Notes: generated by a model from the letters alone, not told the origin. Shown: positions 13,539 through 27,001, counted from the first letter of the stretch. The stretch: DNA of 64,000 bases from Octopus sinensis (GCF_006345805.1 NC_043001.1:85002001-85066000), one strand, 5' to 3'. Made by a program: numbers and translations.

Positions 13539-13591
<53 letters not shown>

Positions 13592-15169
13592 GCATACATA
13601 CATATGAATCTTACTATTTGAAAATGATCGTGCCCACTTAATATGTTTCGCTATGCAGAAACTATCGTACATAAGAAGTTCACACCTTGTAAACCAAATT
13701 TAGGCTAGGGCAAAAACACTAAATATGCATTAAGGAAAAGAACTTTAAACAAGTGCATTAGAACGATATTATCTGTTTAGACACATAGAAAGGAGAAACA
13801 ACCTAAATTAAATCAAAGGAAAATCTTTTCATTAGGAATGTATGATAGAATATCATGTATAGACCGAGACATTACTTAACCAGAAAGGAAATATATTGTC
13901 GTTGCCCTGGTGAAAGGGGGTAAAAAAATAATAACTCGTTCTTAAGAACTTACATACTTCTGAATACTAGTTTAAAGCAGCCTGGAGTTTTCACAAAATG
14001 TAGTCTCTGAAAAAATCTTGTATTGTATAAATGGAAATTACTATAGCTACGATACTAATCCGTTACACTAATAACTGTTTTTAGATTTACGTATGTATTA
14101 ATATCTTTACAAATCAGACCTATAGATGCATTTATCTCCCTGCTTGCTGCTCACTAATCTTTTCTGAATGTATTTTACGTGTGGAACACATGTTCTTTTA
14201 CTTCCTTTTAATCCTCCCCTTTACGTTTTTAAATATACCTAACGGAATTTATCATTTTACGTTTTACCATTCTCTTCTTTCACTCTTCTTGTTTTCTTTC
14301 TTGTCTTTTATTTTGCTTTTTTTTCCCACTATAACACCTAAAGAGAAATAATATACATTTTACTTTTATAGAAATATACGCCTCTTCCAATGGAAACTAA
14401 ATCCACGCTAGTTTCATTTTGCTTTTAATTTCTAATTACGATTTCCTTCTCTGTGTGTGGAAGATAAGTCAGTTGATATAGTGATCAAATACCATATGAT
14501 TTGTAAGTTCAAAAACAAGCAACCGTCCTATGGAGTGTTTGGACAAGGATCTATATTATTCGCTTTTCATTCACCAAGCTTTGACGAATAAAGTAACCCC
14601 CCGCTGCGACTTCTATTTGCTATTGTTCTCATCATTATTGCTGCTGCTACTGCCGTTTTTGTTGTTTTTGTTGTTGTTATTAATAACATATCTATATTTC
14701 CCCCCAAAATAATAGAATATTCCATTGAAAGTTAACAATCAGAGAGGGCTCGTGAAAGAAACAGTTCTGTGAGTACCATTTATGCTTCAACAATCTCTTC
14801 TTTTCCTCGATTACATTTATATTATATACTAACATTTACGTCTTCCTTTCATTTTGCATTTACAAATTTATTTTATGCTGACCGGAGGACATTACTGTCT
14901 GCTAAATGATAGATGCACACGAATTCAGTAAGGAAATGTTACCAGGACATTCACTCTAATAGAAGCAGCAACCAAATATCTCTACTTTAATTCATATACC
15001 ATAGATTAAAAGATAAGCCAATGGCACAGTGGGTAATTTTGTGTTTGATAATGTCATAGTAAAAAAGAAGAGATTATGAAGACACAGATGAATTTGTTTA
15101 TAGGTCTGTTCAGGAATCTCTGACCAAAAGTTAAACAAAAAGAATAATAATTCTATCTAACTAAAGGCA

Positions 15170-15570
15170 CAAAGCTAAAATTATATGGGAGGAGGCCTTT
15201 CGATTGCATCAACCATACTGCTCAACTGGCGCTTACTCTATCAACCCTGAAAGAATGTAAATTAAAGACGACCTCGGCAGAAATTAAATTCGGAATAAAA
15301 AGACGGAACAAATTGCGCTAAGCACCATTTCTATTTAAGCACACTTTTATTTTATTTTATTTTAAACACAAGGCAGGAAATTTTGGCTCGCTGCTAAAAC
15401 AATAATAGTGATGATAATGGTTTCAAATTTTGGCACAGGAACAGCAGTTTCGGGGGAGGGAATAATTCGATTAGATCGACCTCAGTGCTCAAATAGTACT
15501 GAGTTTCTTGACTGCGAAAGGATGAAGGTAAAGTCGATCTCGGTGGAATTTGAACTCAGAACGTAAAGAC
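15170..15570 (-). mobile_element. Two fragments of octopus SINE family 2
   Basis: Reverse complements match the 36817 and 61325 copies (ttctgagttcaaattccaccgag...tttcatcctttcg...aataagtaccag...gtcgatgtaatcga). Confidence 0.65.
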
Positions 15571-15599
15571 AAATCTCCTTTCCTGTTTGTTGTCTGCAT

Positions 15600-16290
15600 A
15601 CTGCCACTAACGAACGTTTTCAGAAAGATGCTAGTGGGGTACATGCTAGGCAGGGTGAAAATAAAAACCTGTGTTTTGTGGATGACCTAAAGCTATCGCT
15701 AGTGTTTGACGGAAACTCTGTAGATGATTAGCAAAGATATTGGAAGGTATTTGGGATCGAGAAATGTGATGTAATGATTCTCAAAAGTGGGGAAATCAGC
15801 AAAAGCCATGGGATCAAGCTGGAAAGTGGGGAAACTATAAAGTAGGTCGGACAGGAAGGATATAAAGACCTGGGTATCATGGTTAGGGATAAGATGAATG
15901 AACACGAGATGAAAGAAATGTACAGGAGAGAGTATTTGAGGAGGACTCGGCTTTTGATACAATTGAAGCTAATTTGCTGCTATGTGATTAGGGTAATTAA
16001 CACGTGGGTTGTTGCTTTGATGAGCTATGGGGTTTGAATAGTATCATGAAAGAAGCATTAATTACAAGAGACAAGCCCTAGAACACGTAAATTAATGACA
16101 ATCAGCAAGGAACTACAACCCAAGAGTGATGTGTCAAGATTGTATGTAAAGAGGAAGGAAGGAGGACAGGGATTAGTGTGTTGTGAAGGTTGTGTAAGGG
16201 ATGAGGAGAATAGCCTGGCTTGATATGTCAAGGGGAGTAAAGAAGAAATGAATGAATCAGTGAAATTGCAGGAACCCTTAAAAGTGAACG
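15600..16290 (+). mobile_element. R4/Dong-like (RLE-type) non-LTR retrotransposon RT fragment
   Basis: Peptides CFVDDLKL, FGIEKC, YKDLGI, EYLRRTR, INTW, TRKLMTI..ELQPKSDVSRLYVKRKEGGQGL. Multiple stops and frameshifts. Confidence 0.7.
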
Positions 16291-16319
16291 AAGCCGTAGA
16301 TCCAACAAAATTTTTTTTT

Positions 16320-17495
16320 CATTTTGTCGACTACTCAGTATAGTAGGGTCAGTTGGGCATGGTCCGTTAGAAAAAAACAGCGCTATGATGCAATTAAGTC
16401 TACCAGAAATTTAGAAACGACATGCTGTACTGCTTGGCATTCACGTTGGAAGCTCCAATAGGAACATTTGAGTGTGTTTGGGTGTCAATTTGAGGACAGT
16501 GCAGAGGATTCGGAAAGAGTTGGATGAGTCTAATTGTGATTACGAAGGTACGGCAACTCGGAAAACTTACACTGATCATTCTGGTGAGAAAATAACTTCT
16601 GAATTCGTTGGTGAGATCCAGGGTCTGATTGACAATGATTCCTCCAGGTTCAATGCTAGGGACATGAGTGTGTTTGAGTTTCTTATCAGACAGGTATTTC
16701 ATGAAGATATCTGGTATACCTCATACAAGATGAGAAAGAGCCAATTATCATCTTAAGCCATCAAGAACAAGAGGAAAGACCGTACTACGAAGCTTTTGAA
16801 CAAACGCAAGCAGCTCCTCCAACTTTTTTTCTACGACGAGAAAAAGTTCTGCCAAAAGAATAGCACACAGATCAACCGTTGACTTGCAGTGTCCAGAAAA
16901 CATGTACGGATAGTGATAAAAATTAAACATCCAGTCAACATCATGGTGTTTGGAGTGATCACTAGTGATGGCGACGTTATGCCTCCATTCATCTTCCAAT
17001 ACGGTTTCACACTCAACACGGGGTCCGACATCAAGTGCCTGGAGGAGGTCAGGAGGAAAACCCTATGACTGGCAACAGGACTCTTCCCCATGCCACACAA
17101 GCAGGCCCCTCTCAGACAATTTCTGCGACCACATCACTCGTAACAACTGGCCACCTAACTCCCAAGACTACAACGCACGTGATTATCATGTGTGCAGTGC
17201 AGTTGTGCGAGAGACCAACAAACATCCTTGTAACACCTAAGATGATCTGAAGGCAAGGGTTTTGGCAGCATTCACCAAATTAAACAATGAGACAGTCCAG
17301 AAGAATTGCAGGAGATTCCGAAATCGTCTGTGGACCGCGGTTGAAGCCAACGTTGATTTCAATGAATAAATTTACTACTTAGTATTTCATTATATTTTTA
17401 TCTAATTTTGGTAAACATATCTGCTAAAATGAGATGCCGGTGTTATTTTCCTTTTGGCGTAATTTAGACGACAGTTTATTTACCGCACTCAGTAT
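16320..17495 (+). mobile_element. Tc1/mariner superfamily transposon, maT/DD37D-like, degenerate
   Basis: Peptides DEKKF, MVFGVITSDGDVMPPFIF, WQQDSSPCHTS, WPPNSQDYNARDY. Ends ...accgcactcagTA. Homologous to 46063..46860. Confidence 0.85.
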
Positions 17496-17564
17496 ATATG
17501 GAAAAATATATGTATGTATGTATGTATGTATGTATCTATGTATGTATGTATGTATGTATACATG

Positions 17565-17608
<44 letters not shown>

Positions 17609-18272
17609 GGAATGGATGTATGTTTAAATGTGTATATATATATGTATATATATATATGTGTGTTTGTGTGTGTATGTATATATATAGTGTATGTTATCAA
17701 TTATAGTGTCTATAAACAGGTGAGTAGCTTGGTTATTAAGGTGTTGCACTCAATGTTTTTTTTTCTGTACGGGGCGATATGTTGTCTTCATGAGGAAAGT
17801 ATTTTATATCATATTGTTCCAGTTCACTCAGATGGCAAACAAATTATTCTCAGACGGACTGGCATCATATCCATGAGGGAAATATTTCACCTAACAAAAT
17901 CTGGCAAAAAAATCCTTATGAAGCTATAGCTCGTGAATGATTTATTTTTTTACATTATAAACCATAGTGTAGTCTACAGTTGTACTCCTAACGTAATTCT
18001 TAAACAGAATAAATGTGACCCAGTGTATACTGGAGAGTTTGTATGCATTAAATTACTGGTACAATCCACAAGATGGGCTTCTGTACCGTTTCAATTAATA
18101 ATATTTCGCTCGCATTGTCAAAATAAAGCTATCAAAATAAGCTATCAAAATAAATTAGAATTTACAAGCTACAACGCAGAGGATTGAACTTTGAACTTCG
18201 AACATACTGCTCCTACATTTCAACTCATAAAATTAGACAGAAGACTATTCACTCTGAATTACTCTGTCTGGG

Positions 18273-18666
18273 TGACATAATAACTGGGTGTCAGCCAACT
18301 TCTATTAACTGGGCAGCAATTAGCTTCACCAATTAAAATGACTGCACCTCGTTGATTAGCCAGTTAGAAATGTAATTGTGGCTAATTAGCAACAAGTCAG
18401 GTTTGATTTGTGAAGCGCTTTATTGTGAATTTCCAGGCGTGTCCATCCAGAGTCTATCTTTTATACAAAATCAATTTCTGTCTGAGTAAAAACCTATATA
18501 GTCACGGATGGAATTTCTTTAGAAAGAGTCTGTTTAGACAGGGCTGATTTAGAGTCAAACAATGAAGACAAGAGTTAAAAGCACAGCAATCATAGCAGGA
18601 TTAACAACAAAAGCAACAATATATATTCACGCAGCCAGCAAATTCCCAGCTGCCGAGTCCGTGTCA
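18273..18666 (-). mobile_element. Candidate solo LTR
   Basis: TGACA...TGTCA termini. On the minus strand TATAAAAG (18465..18458) is followed about 40 nt later by AATAAA (18424..18419). No target-site duplication found. Confidence 0.4.
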
Positions 18667-18897
18667 CCTTGTTAGAGGTTTCCCAGTTACTGCTACACAA
18701 AATTTCCCGTTTATGATACACTTAGATGTATATATATTCCACTTAGAAACCGTAGCATATATTTAGACGAAAGCACAAATATGTAATTCAATTGTATCAT
18801 ATTTAGTCACCTGGCAATAATGCACGTCACTACATATCGCTGCATGTACATGTATGTATATATATATATTCTCCCTATATATATATCTATCTATCTA

Positions 18898-18962
<65 letters not shown>

Positions 18963-18964
18963 AG

Positions 18965-19150
18965 GGAGAATTCACAAAAAAAAAACAAAAGACGAAGACA
19001 GGTGGTGTAGACAGCAAACAGATGTATTAGTATAACACTCGGGAAGTGAAAAAGTCTTTAACGTTTCGAGCGTACGCTCTTCCACAGAAAGGAACACAGA
19101 AAGAATCACGGAGAGAAAATGAAGAGAGAAAATAAAGAATGTGTAGTGGT
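18965..19150 (-). mobile_element. Short Penelope-type terminal repeat, family B (hammerhead-like, A6U)
   Basis: Minus strand CUGUGGA-A-GAGC-GUAC-GCUC-GAAACGUU. Homologous to 27860..28050. Flanked by (TA)n. Confidence 0.55.
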
Positions 19151-19874
19151 TATATATATATATATATATGTATGCCACCATTAAAAACAGCAGATAGATA
19201 TGAAAGTGTCTATGTGGTTGATCGAGCTACAAGAAATATAAACTGAATTTCCTACAAACAGCAACATATACAGTTGAATAAAAATGTATTATGTATAGTG
19301 GTGAAGGACCTTGAACGTGATCTCAGAACCCACTGGGATTAACAACGCTAGAAGTAAATACTATAACACACGCCACACACACCGTACTGCATACACTTAT
19401 ATTCATAAATACGTACATACCCACATACATAAACACATACATACATACTACGTACGTACGTAAGTACAAACGTACATGCATACATGCATAAAAACATACA
19501 TACATACATACATACATACATACATACATAAATACATATATACATACATACATTCATATATTCATACGTTCATACATACATAGATACATGTCTAACTGTC
19601 AGTCAGGATAAGCTTAAATTTTTAATAAAAGAAAGCAACTTCCTCGCAGATTACAAATAAAATTTGCAAGCGGATCAGTAAAACTATGCAAAACTTTCCT
19701 CGGTTTAAAATGTGATAATGTATTCGTTAGCTACATTCTAATGGTAGTGATTTGTATCTTTGTTAGAAACCATGTTTTTTTTTATTTTAGCGGAAGAATT
19801 AAAACAGAAGAGAAATATACATACAAACATACATACATACATGCATGCATTCGTACGTACGTATATACATACAT

Positions 19875-20236
19875 ACTCTTTTTTTACTCTTTTACTTATT
19901 TCAGTCATGTGACTGTGACCATGCTGGAGCACCGCATTTAGTCAAGCAGATCGACCTCAGGACTTATTCTGTGTAAACCTAGTACTTATTCTATCGATGT
20001 CTAAGTTACGGGGACGTAAACCCACCAGCATCGGTTGTCAAGCGATGTTGTGGGGACAAACACATATATACATATATACGACGGGATTCTTTCAGTTCCG
20101 TCAACCAAATCCACTCACAAGGCTTTGGTCAGCCCGAGACTATAGTAGAAGACACTTGTGCAAGGTGCCACCCAGTGGGACTGAACTCGGAACTATGTGA
20201 TTCGTAAGCAGGCTACTTACCAGACAGCCACTCCTA
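19875..20236 (-). mobile_element. tRNA-derived octopus SINE, family 1
   Basis: Homologous to the 11199 and 35778 copies, with an internal deletion. Confidence 0.85.
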
Positions 20237-20907
20237 GGAATACTATGTGCTTTGAAGAAAGAAAAACCTGATGCCACCTCCTAATCAAATCTATTAGTGC
20301 ACAGTGGCGATTTATATGACATTCCAAAGATTTTTCAACTGAAGCAAAATGGAAGATTAGCTGCACCCACTTGGGTATATGCTTTGGCAGTTCAACCAAC
20401 ACACTATATCAAACACATATATACAATATCCGGGAACTCCATTCACTCGGAATGTCTTGTTGCTTTGTTAGCTTGAACTTTCTAAAGGAGAATTTAAATA
20501 AAATTGAAAGAGAAAAAAGTCATACTTACATATATACATATGTGATGGCTGCTATTCGGTTTCCAGAAATGCCATTGCTTGATTGTTATCTTAAAGTAGT
20601 ACTGATATGGCCTTTCAATCCTGCTAGAGACATACATAATTTGGCGCATATGTGGTTTGGATGGGGACTTCTAACAGAAGATATGTGAGTTACAGCTCAT
20701 GTTTACACACGCCTTAATACTGGCATATAATTAGTTACTGTTAGAAGAATTCTACTGTGAGGAAAGACCTTGTAGAAGGTCAATTATATTCTGGAAATAA
20801 CATATTCCTTTGCCCCAAAAAAGTTTACGTCGTTGGATGTAAACGAGGTCGCAATTGTTACATTAGGAGTTTCCTTCTCCTAGCAAGATGTCTAAACAAA
20901 AACAAAG

Positions 20908-20944
<37 letters not shown>

Positions 20945-21208
20945 TCCTCTCTCCCTCACCTCTCATTCTTTTTCCAGCTGCTAGATTGTCGCTAACTCTA
21001 CTGAGTTCATCCGCTCTTTGAACCTCATTACCGAGCCGGTTCCGTATTGTTATTGGTTTAGTGAGCAATAGCTCAACCGTGCAGTAGATTGTACCAAGTC
21101 AAGTGCATGCATACACAAACATGCGCGCGCTCACGTGCATACATACATACATACATACTTAGATATGTATACATATTTACATGCATACATCGGTGCACAT
21201 GCACACAC

Positions 21209-21247
<39 letters not shown>

Positions 21248-22279
21248 GATGTATGAATAGGCATGCATACATCTGGGCGAAAAGAGAAACATCTACGGAG
21301 AACTAACGAGGCACGCACAGATCTTGTGTCTGCATCATTGATTTTAATTTTTAGCTATCAGCATAATTTTCACAGGGAAGACATTCATTATAGACTAGAA
21401 CAACTTGGAGTTCTCCAAAACACAAATGCAGTTTTAGAAAAGTAAGAAAAGGAGTAATCTAATTCGCCTTATCCACTTATAGTCTATTAGAAGTACAGTG
21501 GAAACTCACAGAATATTCAAGGTATACTCTGAGATTCGAAGGTTGAATATATATGCACAAGCATACACATAAACCATAATATTGTACACACACACACACG
21601 ATTGTGCACTTAAGTTACATGTACACCCACTGAAGGAATGTAAATTGATTTCACATACACTCACGTAAGCACACCCCCGCCAGACAATACACATAACCAC
21701 CAACCATGAGAGCTGTTTTAAATAAAAGAAGTTTACTATATTTTTAGAGACTAGTAAGAAAAACATCTGCACTGATGGGGAGGGAGACGGGGAGAGAGAT
21801 AGGGAGAGAGAAAGAGGGAGAGAAAGGGGGTGAGAGAGCAGTGGTACAACAAGGCACCAGTGTTTACTGGAAATATCAGTCGATACATTTACGACGCCAT
21901 AGTAAATCTTCAGTGTGTATATACTGGCAAAGACGTGGAGGGCAGCGAACATAAACATTTTCGTCTTACCTCTAGGAAGAATATTAGAGAAATGGACAAC
22001 CCAGAATCGGATAATCTAGGAACAAGGATACGGACTCTTCAAATACGTTTGTTCTCGTAAATTTGATTAGTCTTCTTCAACCAGATTTACCTGGACAATA
22101 TTTCAAATGTTGCTCCATCAATGCCAATATACTCGCCTGGACGCCTAGCCGTTAACAGACCGAAAACAGTGAAAAAAATTTTCAATGAAAAATAAAATAT
22201 TGCAATACAAATTTATTACTAAATTACGTTGCTATCTCCTAATAGGTGAGGAGGTTGTAATGTATGTTATGTGGGGAGT

Positions 22280-22710
22280 ATTCTAACACAAGCCCAAGTA
22301 CACTCGTCAACAACATCGAGGCCGAAAGTAAGGAAACATGGGGAAGAACTACCTGTGGTATATGCGTTAACCCAACTGAGGGATCGGAGTTCTCCTTCAA
22401 ATAGGGTCAAAGTTTTACAGTGAAAAACAACTTCACATATGCTTTGGAAAACCTGATATATGTGTTGACTTGCTCAGGTTGTCGAGAGCAATACGCCAGA
22501 GGATGAGCTAGATCAAAATACGAGAATACAGAAAAATAGCAATATGTGAACACATCAACATTTCCGCCACTAATGAACAACCCAAATTTAGAATTTTTCC
22601 CCTCTATGAATTGAGGGACAATGAAAACTATAATCAGCGCTTTAGAAAAGAATCATATTTTATCGCAAAATATAAACCCCTTTTGAATGCTTCCACCACA
22701 GATGACACTA
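22280..22710 (+). mobile_element. Penelope-like element, GIY-YIG endonuclease fragment
   Basis: Peptides TCGIC...FTVKNNFT..LENLIYVLTCSGCREQY...KESYFIAKYKPLLN. The 5' part is homologous to 29020..29110. Confidence 0.75.
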
Positions 22711-22894
22711 CTACAAGGATCTTAGGATAATACCGACGCAAATATTAAAAACAATAGATATATTAGGAACAATCGCTACCAATGAATTTACTTAGAACAG
22801 TCCCTAACACTACAACCTCAACAGGTCACTCTTAGGACAACTGACCCTTAAAGTAGATTCCACGGACAGCCTCTACTACTGGTCATACCACTCT

Positions 22895-23285
22895 TTCTTT
22901 TTTCTTCTTCTTTTTCGTTCACACCTTCTTCTTCTTCAAACTCTTCCTCTTCCTCTTTTTCTTCTTCTTCTTCTTCTTCTTCTTCTTCTTCTTCTCCTTC
23001 TCTTTTCCTCCCCCGTCATCCTCCCCTATCCTCCTCCGCCTCCTTCTTCTTCTTCTTCTTCTTCTTCTTCTCTTCATTTGCTTCTTCTTCATCTTCTTCT
23101 TCTTCTTCTTCTTCTTCTTTCTTCTCCTTCTCCTTTTCCTCCCCCTCATCCTCATCCTCCTCCGCCTTCTTCTTCTTCTTCATCTGCTTCTTCTTCATCT
23201 GCTTCTTCTTCTTCTTCTTCTTCTTCTTCTTCTTCTTCTTCTTCTTCTTCTTCATCTGCTTCTTCTCCTTCGCCTTCTCCTTCGG
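22895..23285. repeat. (TTC)n/(TCC)n polypyrimidine compound repeat with internal ~130-nt duplication
   Basis: Directly visible. Source of the poly-K/R/E and poly-S ORFs. Confidence 0.95.
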
Positions 23286-23964
23286 TTGCTTTCGCTTAAA
23301 CTATCAAACTTCAGAAACAAATATTTCTCTGACCCCCATAACTACTATTTTTTCAGATCTGCTACTACCTACCGATCCTTCACAACGAAAAAGAGAGAGA
23401 GACAGAGACAGAAAAAAGCAAAATATCTTACTTATTTGAAGATTATGGGTATATTTACAAAACATCTAATTTAATTTTTTTTCTTCAATTTAATTGCTTT
23501 TCTTCTTAATCCAGCTTTGTTTTTCCTCTTAGTTGAAAAAGTCGAAAAGTATGAAACCGGTACTAACTGTTACAAAATGTATTTCATAATAAAACTTTAG
23601 CGTTTTCTATCTTGTCTCATTTTCCTTTTTTTCTCTCCCTTTCCCTTGCTCCTCCTCCTCCCTCCCGTCGTTGATCCGCGACGAGAGCTCTGCTACTGTC
23701 TTTCTGACCTGGCTTCCTTTAAGTGTGGATGGCTTTCCTTCTCTCTCTTGCCGTCCTCAAAAGCGTTCATAATATTTTTTTCTTTCGTTCTGACTTAACA
23801 GCTCTCAATGTTTGTGTTACTGTTATTCTCCTTCTCCTGTCTTTTACTGTTTATATTTTGTACTGTCTTTACTGTCCTATTTTTGTTACCATTTTTACCC
23901 CTCCACAAACAAATCTGCTTTTTGCGGGAAGGAATGTTTCAACGGAGTCGTGTCTCGACTTGAC

Positions 23965-24170
23965 CTTCGAAACGCGGAGTAGATGAAACAGAGGCGACTG
24001 AAGAAGGGGAATTTTCCTTGTGTTGTACTCTATTTTTATGTTGTTTAATAAAAATGTCCATTTCCTTGGTTTTGTGTTTATGTTTTCGTTTCTCATTGTG
24101 ATCGACGTTTTCTTTTGGTGTCCTGTACTCATATATGCATGTATATATATATGTAGATGTAGGTAGTACA
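23965..24170 (+). repeat. Interspersed repeat, second copy at 39834..40040
   Basis: gaaacgcggagtagatgaaac...gaagaaggggaattttccttg...ttttggtgtc.tgtac occurs at both sites, each followed by (TA)n. Confidence 0.75.
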
Positions 24171-24214
24171 TATATGTATATATATATATGCATGTGCTTT
24201 ATTTTTTAATTTGT

Positions 24215-24260
<46 letters not shown>

Positions 24261-24308
24261 TGTGTATATATATGTATATATGAGTATATATATATGTATA
24301 TATATATA

Positions 24309-24349
<41 letters not shown>

Positions 24350-24352
<3 letters not shown>

Positions 24353-24675
24353 TCTTTCTCCTTTTCTCTTTTACTTGTTTCAGTCATTTAACTGAGGCCA
24401 TGCTGGAGCACAGTCAAGCAAATCGACCCCAGGACTTATTCTATCGGTTTCTTTTGCCACCATCGGTTGTCAAGCGATGTTGGGGGGAACAAAAGCAGAC
24501 ACACATACATATATATATATCTATATATATATATTTATATGTATATATATATATATACGACAAGCTTCTTCCAGTTTCCATCTACCAAATCCACTCACAA
24601 GGCTTTCGTCTGCCCGAGGCTATGGTATAAGACTCTTGTCCAAGGTGCCACGCAGTGGAACTGGACCTGGAACCT
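24350..24675 (-). mobile_element. tRNA-derived octopus SINE, family 1 (deleted)
   Basis: Homologous to the other family 1 copies. Confidence 0.8.
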
Positions 24676-25049
24676 TCGTAACCTGGTAGCTTACCGTTAA
24701 AGGACAGTCACTTTCAGAGTAATCGTTAGGTAAATAACAAATGAAAGACAGAAGATGGAATGTACGAGAGTGTATTATTGATCATAGCAGTTGCTTCGAC
24801 ACATCTGTCATCGGCTCCTGTTGTGAGACACGCAGGGGCTGGTTCGGGAGTTTCCGGTGGTGTACCCGTGTCTCGTCGGGTCATAAATAAATAAAAAATC
24901 TCATTAAAATCACTGTTCCATAGTGCAACTTTCCGTTTTATAGAGAGAAAATAAGAGCCAGACGGATGAAAATTCTTCATATATATATAGAAGATCCAAA
25001 AATAAAATTGCAGAAGACAAGAAGAGAAACGAACAGTTAATCCAGCTGG

Positions 25050-25083
<34 letters not shown>

Positions 25084-25308
25084 TTTGTAAAAAAGGTCGT
25101 GGGTAAGGCCGAAACAATGCGAGGTAAATGCAAATTAATGTAGACTTACCTTGTTTCAATAATGCTGTGTTATGACACCATTTTCAAGAAATTAACGAAC
25201 ATTGCCGATGTTTTCTTGTGGTTTAACTTCCATTTACTTGGCATTGATTTGACCTTACACACAATATGTTACCGAATATCTTCTACATAATGCTTCTTAC
25301 TAATTATT

Positions 25309-25344
<36 letters not shown>

Positions 25345-25875
25345 GTTATATATATATATATACGTTATATATATATGTATATATATATATATACACATTA
25401 TATATATATGTATTATATATATATGTATATATATATATATATATGCACGTATATATATATATGCATACATAATACACACGCATGTATATATGTGTGTGCA
25501 TGTGTGTTTGCATTTATAAGTGCAAACATGTATTTGTATGCATTTATGTATACGTATTAGGGGAACTTTTTTCATATTGACACATTTTCACATCGACAAT
25601 CCTCTTTTGTTCACACATACACTGCCAGACACTTTTTAACAATTATTCAATGTATTGTGCGCCGCACCTTTTGACAGAGAGCATGAAAATGTATAACAAG
25701 TCATCAAATCAGATAGATGCCAAAAGGATTTGAATGAATTCATAATTGGCTCCTGGATATGCAGAAAGATGAGACAAATTTGAATAAATGAATTGCACTT
25801 AAAATCGCATCAGATATTTAAGACGTAATTGAATTTTTTTTTTATTATTGCACTCTTATTATTTTTAACGAATAG

Positions 25876-26037
25876 TTGTGCACAGCTGGCCAGATATTTT
25901 ACAGCATTCGTGAGAGTTCACTCATAATAGGTACATCTCTACATAACAGTTATTCAAGACATCAAGCCCCGAGGAAGCATATTTCGAATAACACTGAAAT
26001 CCCCCCTTATCTGTAGAAAAACAAGACCGAATTTTAA
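25876..26037 (+). pseudogene. Degraded S-crystallin/GST-sigma paralogue, terminal exon
   Basis: After a pyrimidine tract and AG it reads LCTAGQIFYSIRESSLIIGTSLHNSYSRHQAPRKHISNNTEIPPYL*KNKTEF*. This aligns almost gap-free to intact exon 6 (17 of 54 identities by hand count). In-frame TAG at 26014..26016. Confidence 0.75.
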
Positions 26038-26699
26038 GTTGCCAGTATCGTACAACCATATGGAAAATATTGATTCTGCAACTTTCAGTGACTTATCAAA
26101 TGCGATTCTATATTATATATTATAAATACAATATCTAATATCGTCATGTTGTAATATTTGTTTATTAAGATAGATATAATATTTATATAAGCATACGGAG
26201 ATATTGTGGTATCGGAGAAAAAGTTAATACAACAGGACATGGTGACAATGAATTAAAAGTGATATTGTTATATTAAGGATATTGGTATATTGATATATTG
26301 TAATACCAGGAGACCATCGCTGTTGTAGCTATTTTAATAATATGACAAGCTTTCCAGATAGAAAACTTTCAGGTTGTCTCTGCAGAGACAGAAATCAATA
26401 TATAAATGTGACTCAAAGGAAATTTGGATTTTTCTCAATTTCGAATAAAACCTAATTGTCTCCTCGCTGTGTGACGTTTCTATTCGTTATGCTATCTTAC
26501 ACATGTACAGGTGTATAAACTTTAGCCCAAACTCTCCGAACAAATACATCAATTTATCAACATAAATATGAGAGATACTGTAATCCACTTCCTTTGTAAA
26601 CCTCACGTTACCTATCGCCGCTCACAAAAGAGACACATTACACATGCGCACACACAGACGCACATGCACACACGCAAACAAATATAGGTCCAATATTGA

Positions 26700-26822
26700 T
26701 TTAAAATTTTGGCACAAGGCCAGCTATTTTCGGGAATGGTCTGATTACATCAGCCTTGGTATTCAACTGATACTTATTTTATCGACTCCGAAAGGATGAA
26801 AGGCAAAGTTTAACCTCGGCGA
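26700..26822 (-). mobile_element. Octopus SINE family 2 fragment
   Basis: ttttggcacaaggccagc...gatacttattttatcgactccgaaaggatgaaaggcaaagtt.acctcggc. Confidence 0.65.
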
Positions 26823-26939
26823 GTTAGCGAATCTGCCTGCACGTCGCCTTATGTATGTGTGTGTATGTATGTATGTATGTATGTATGTATGTATGTATGT
26901 ATGTATGTTTATATGTATGTATGTATGTATGTATGCATG

Positions 26940-26977
<38 letters not shown>

Positions 26978-27001
26978 ATTTATATATTTATATATATATG
27001 C

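Noticed and set aside
20567-20645. Possible pseudogene exon 2 (ttccag|aaATGCCAT resembles ttccag|agATGCCAT)
   Set aside because: Similarity is limited to about 15 nt plus a weak atggc...gctagag...aatttg echo. The length is wrong and there is no GT donor, so it cannot be supported by eye.
22919-23299. Poly-K/R/E and poly-S ORFs
   Set aside because: Translations of the (TTC)n array.
23960-24025. cgaaac...ctgaagaagggg as a type II hammerhead
   Set aside because: Stems I and III cannot be formed, and the second copy (39834) has lost the CUGA core.
25154-25245. Possible pseudogene exon 5 (FQ*..PF...RTLPMFSCG)
   Set aside because: Suggestive and in the right position, but it needs indels and two stops and lacks matching splice sites. 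It needs an HMM test.
26212-26317. tcggagaaa...ggagaccat stretch of exon 5-like length
   Set aside because: The middle does not align, there are no splice sites, and it lies downstream of the terminal pseudo-exon.
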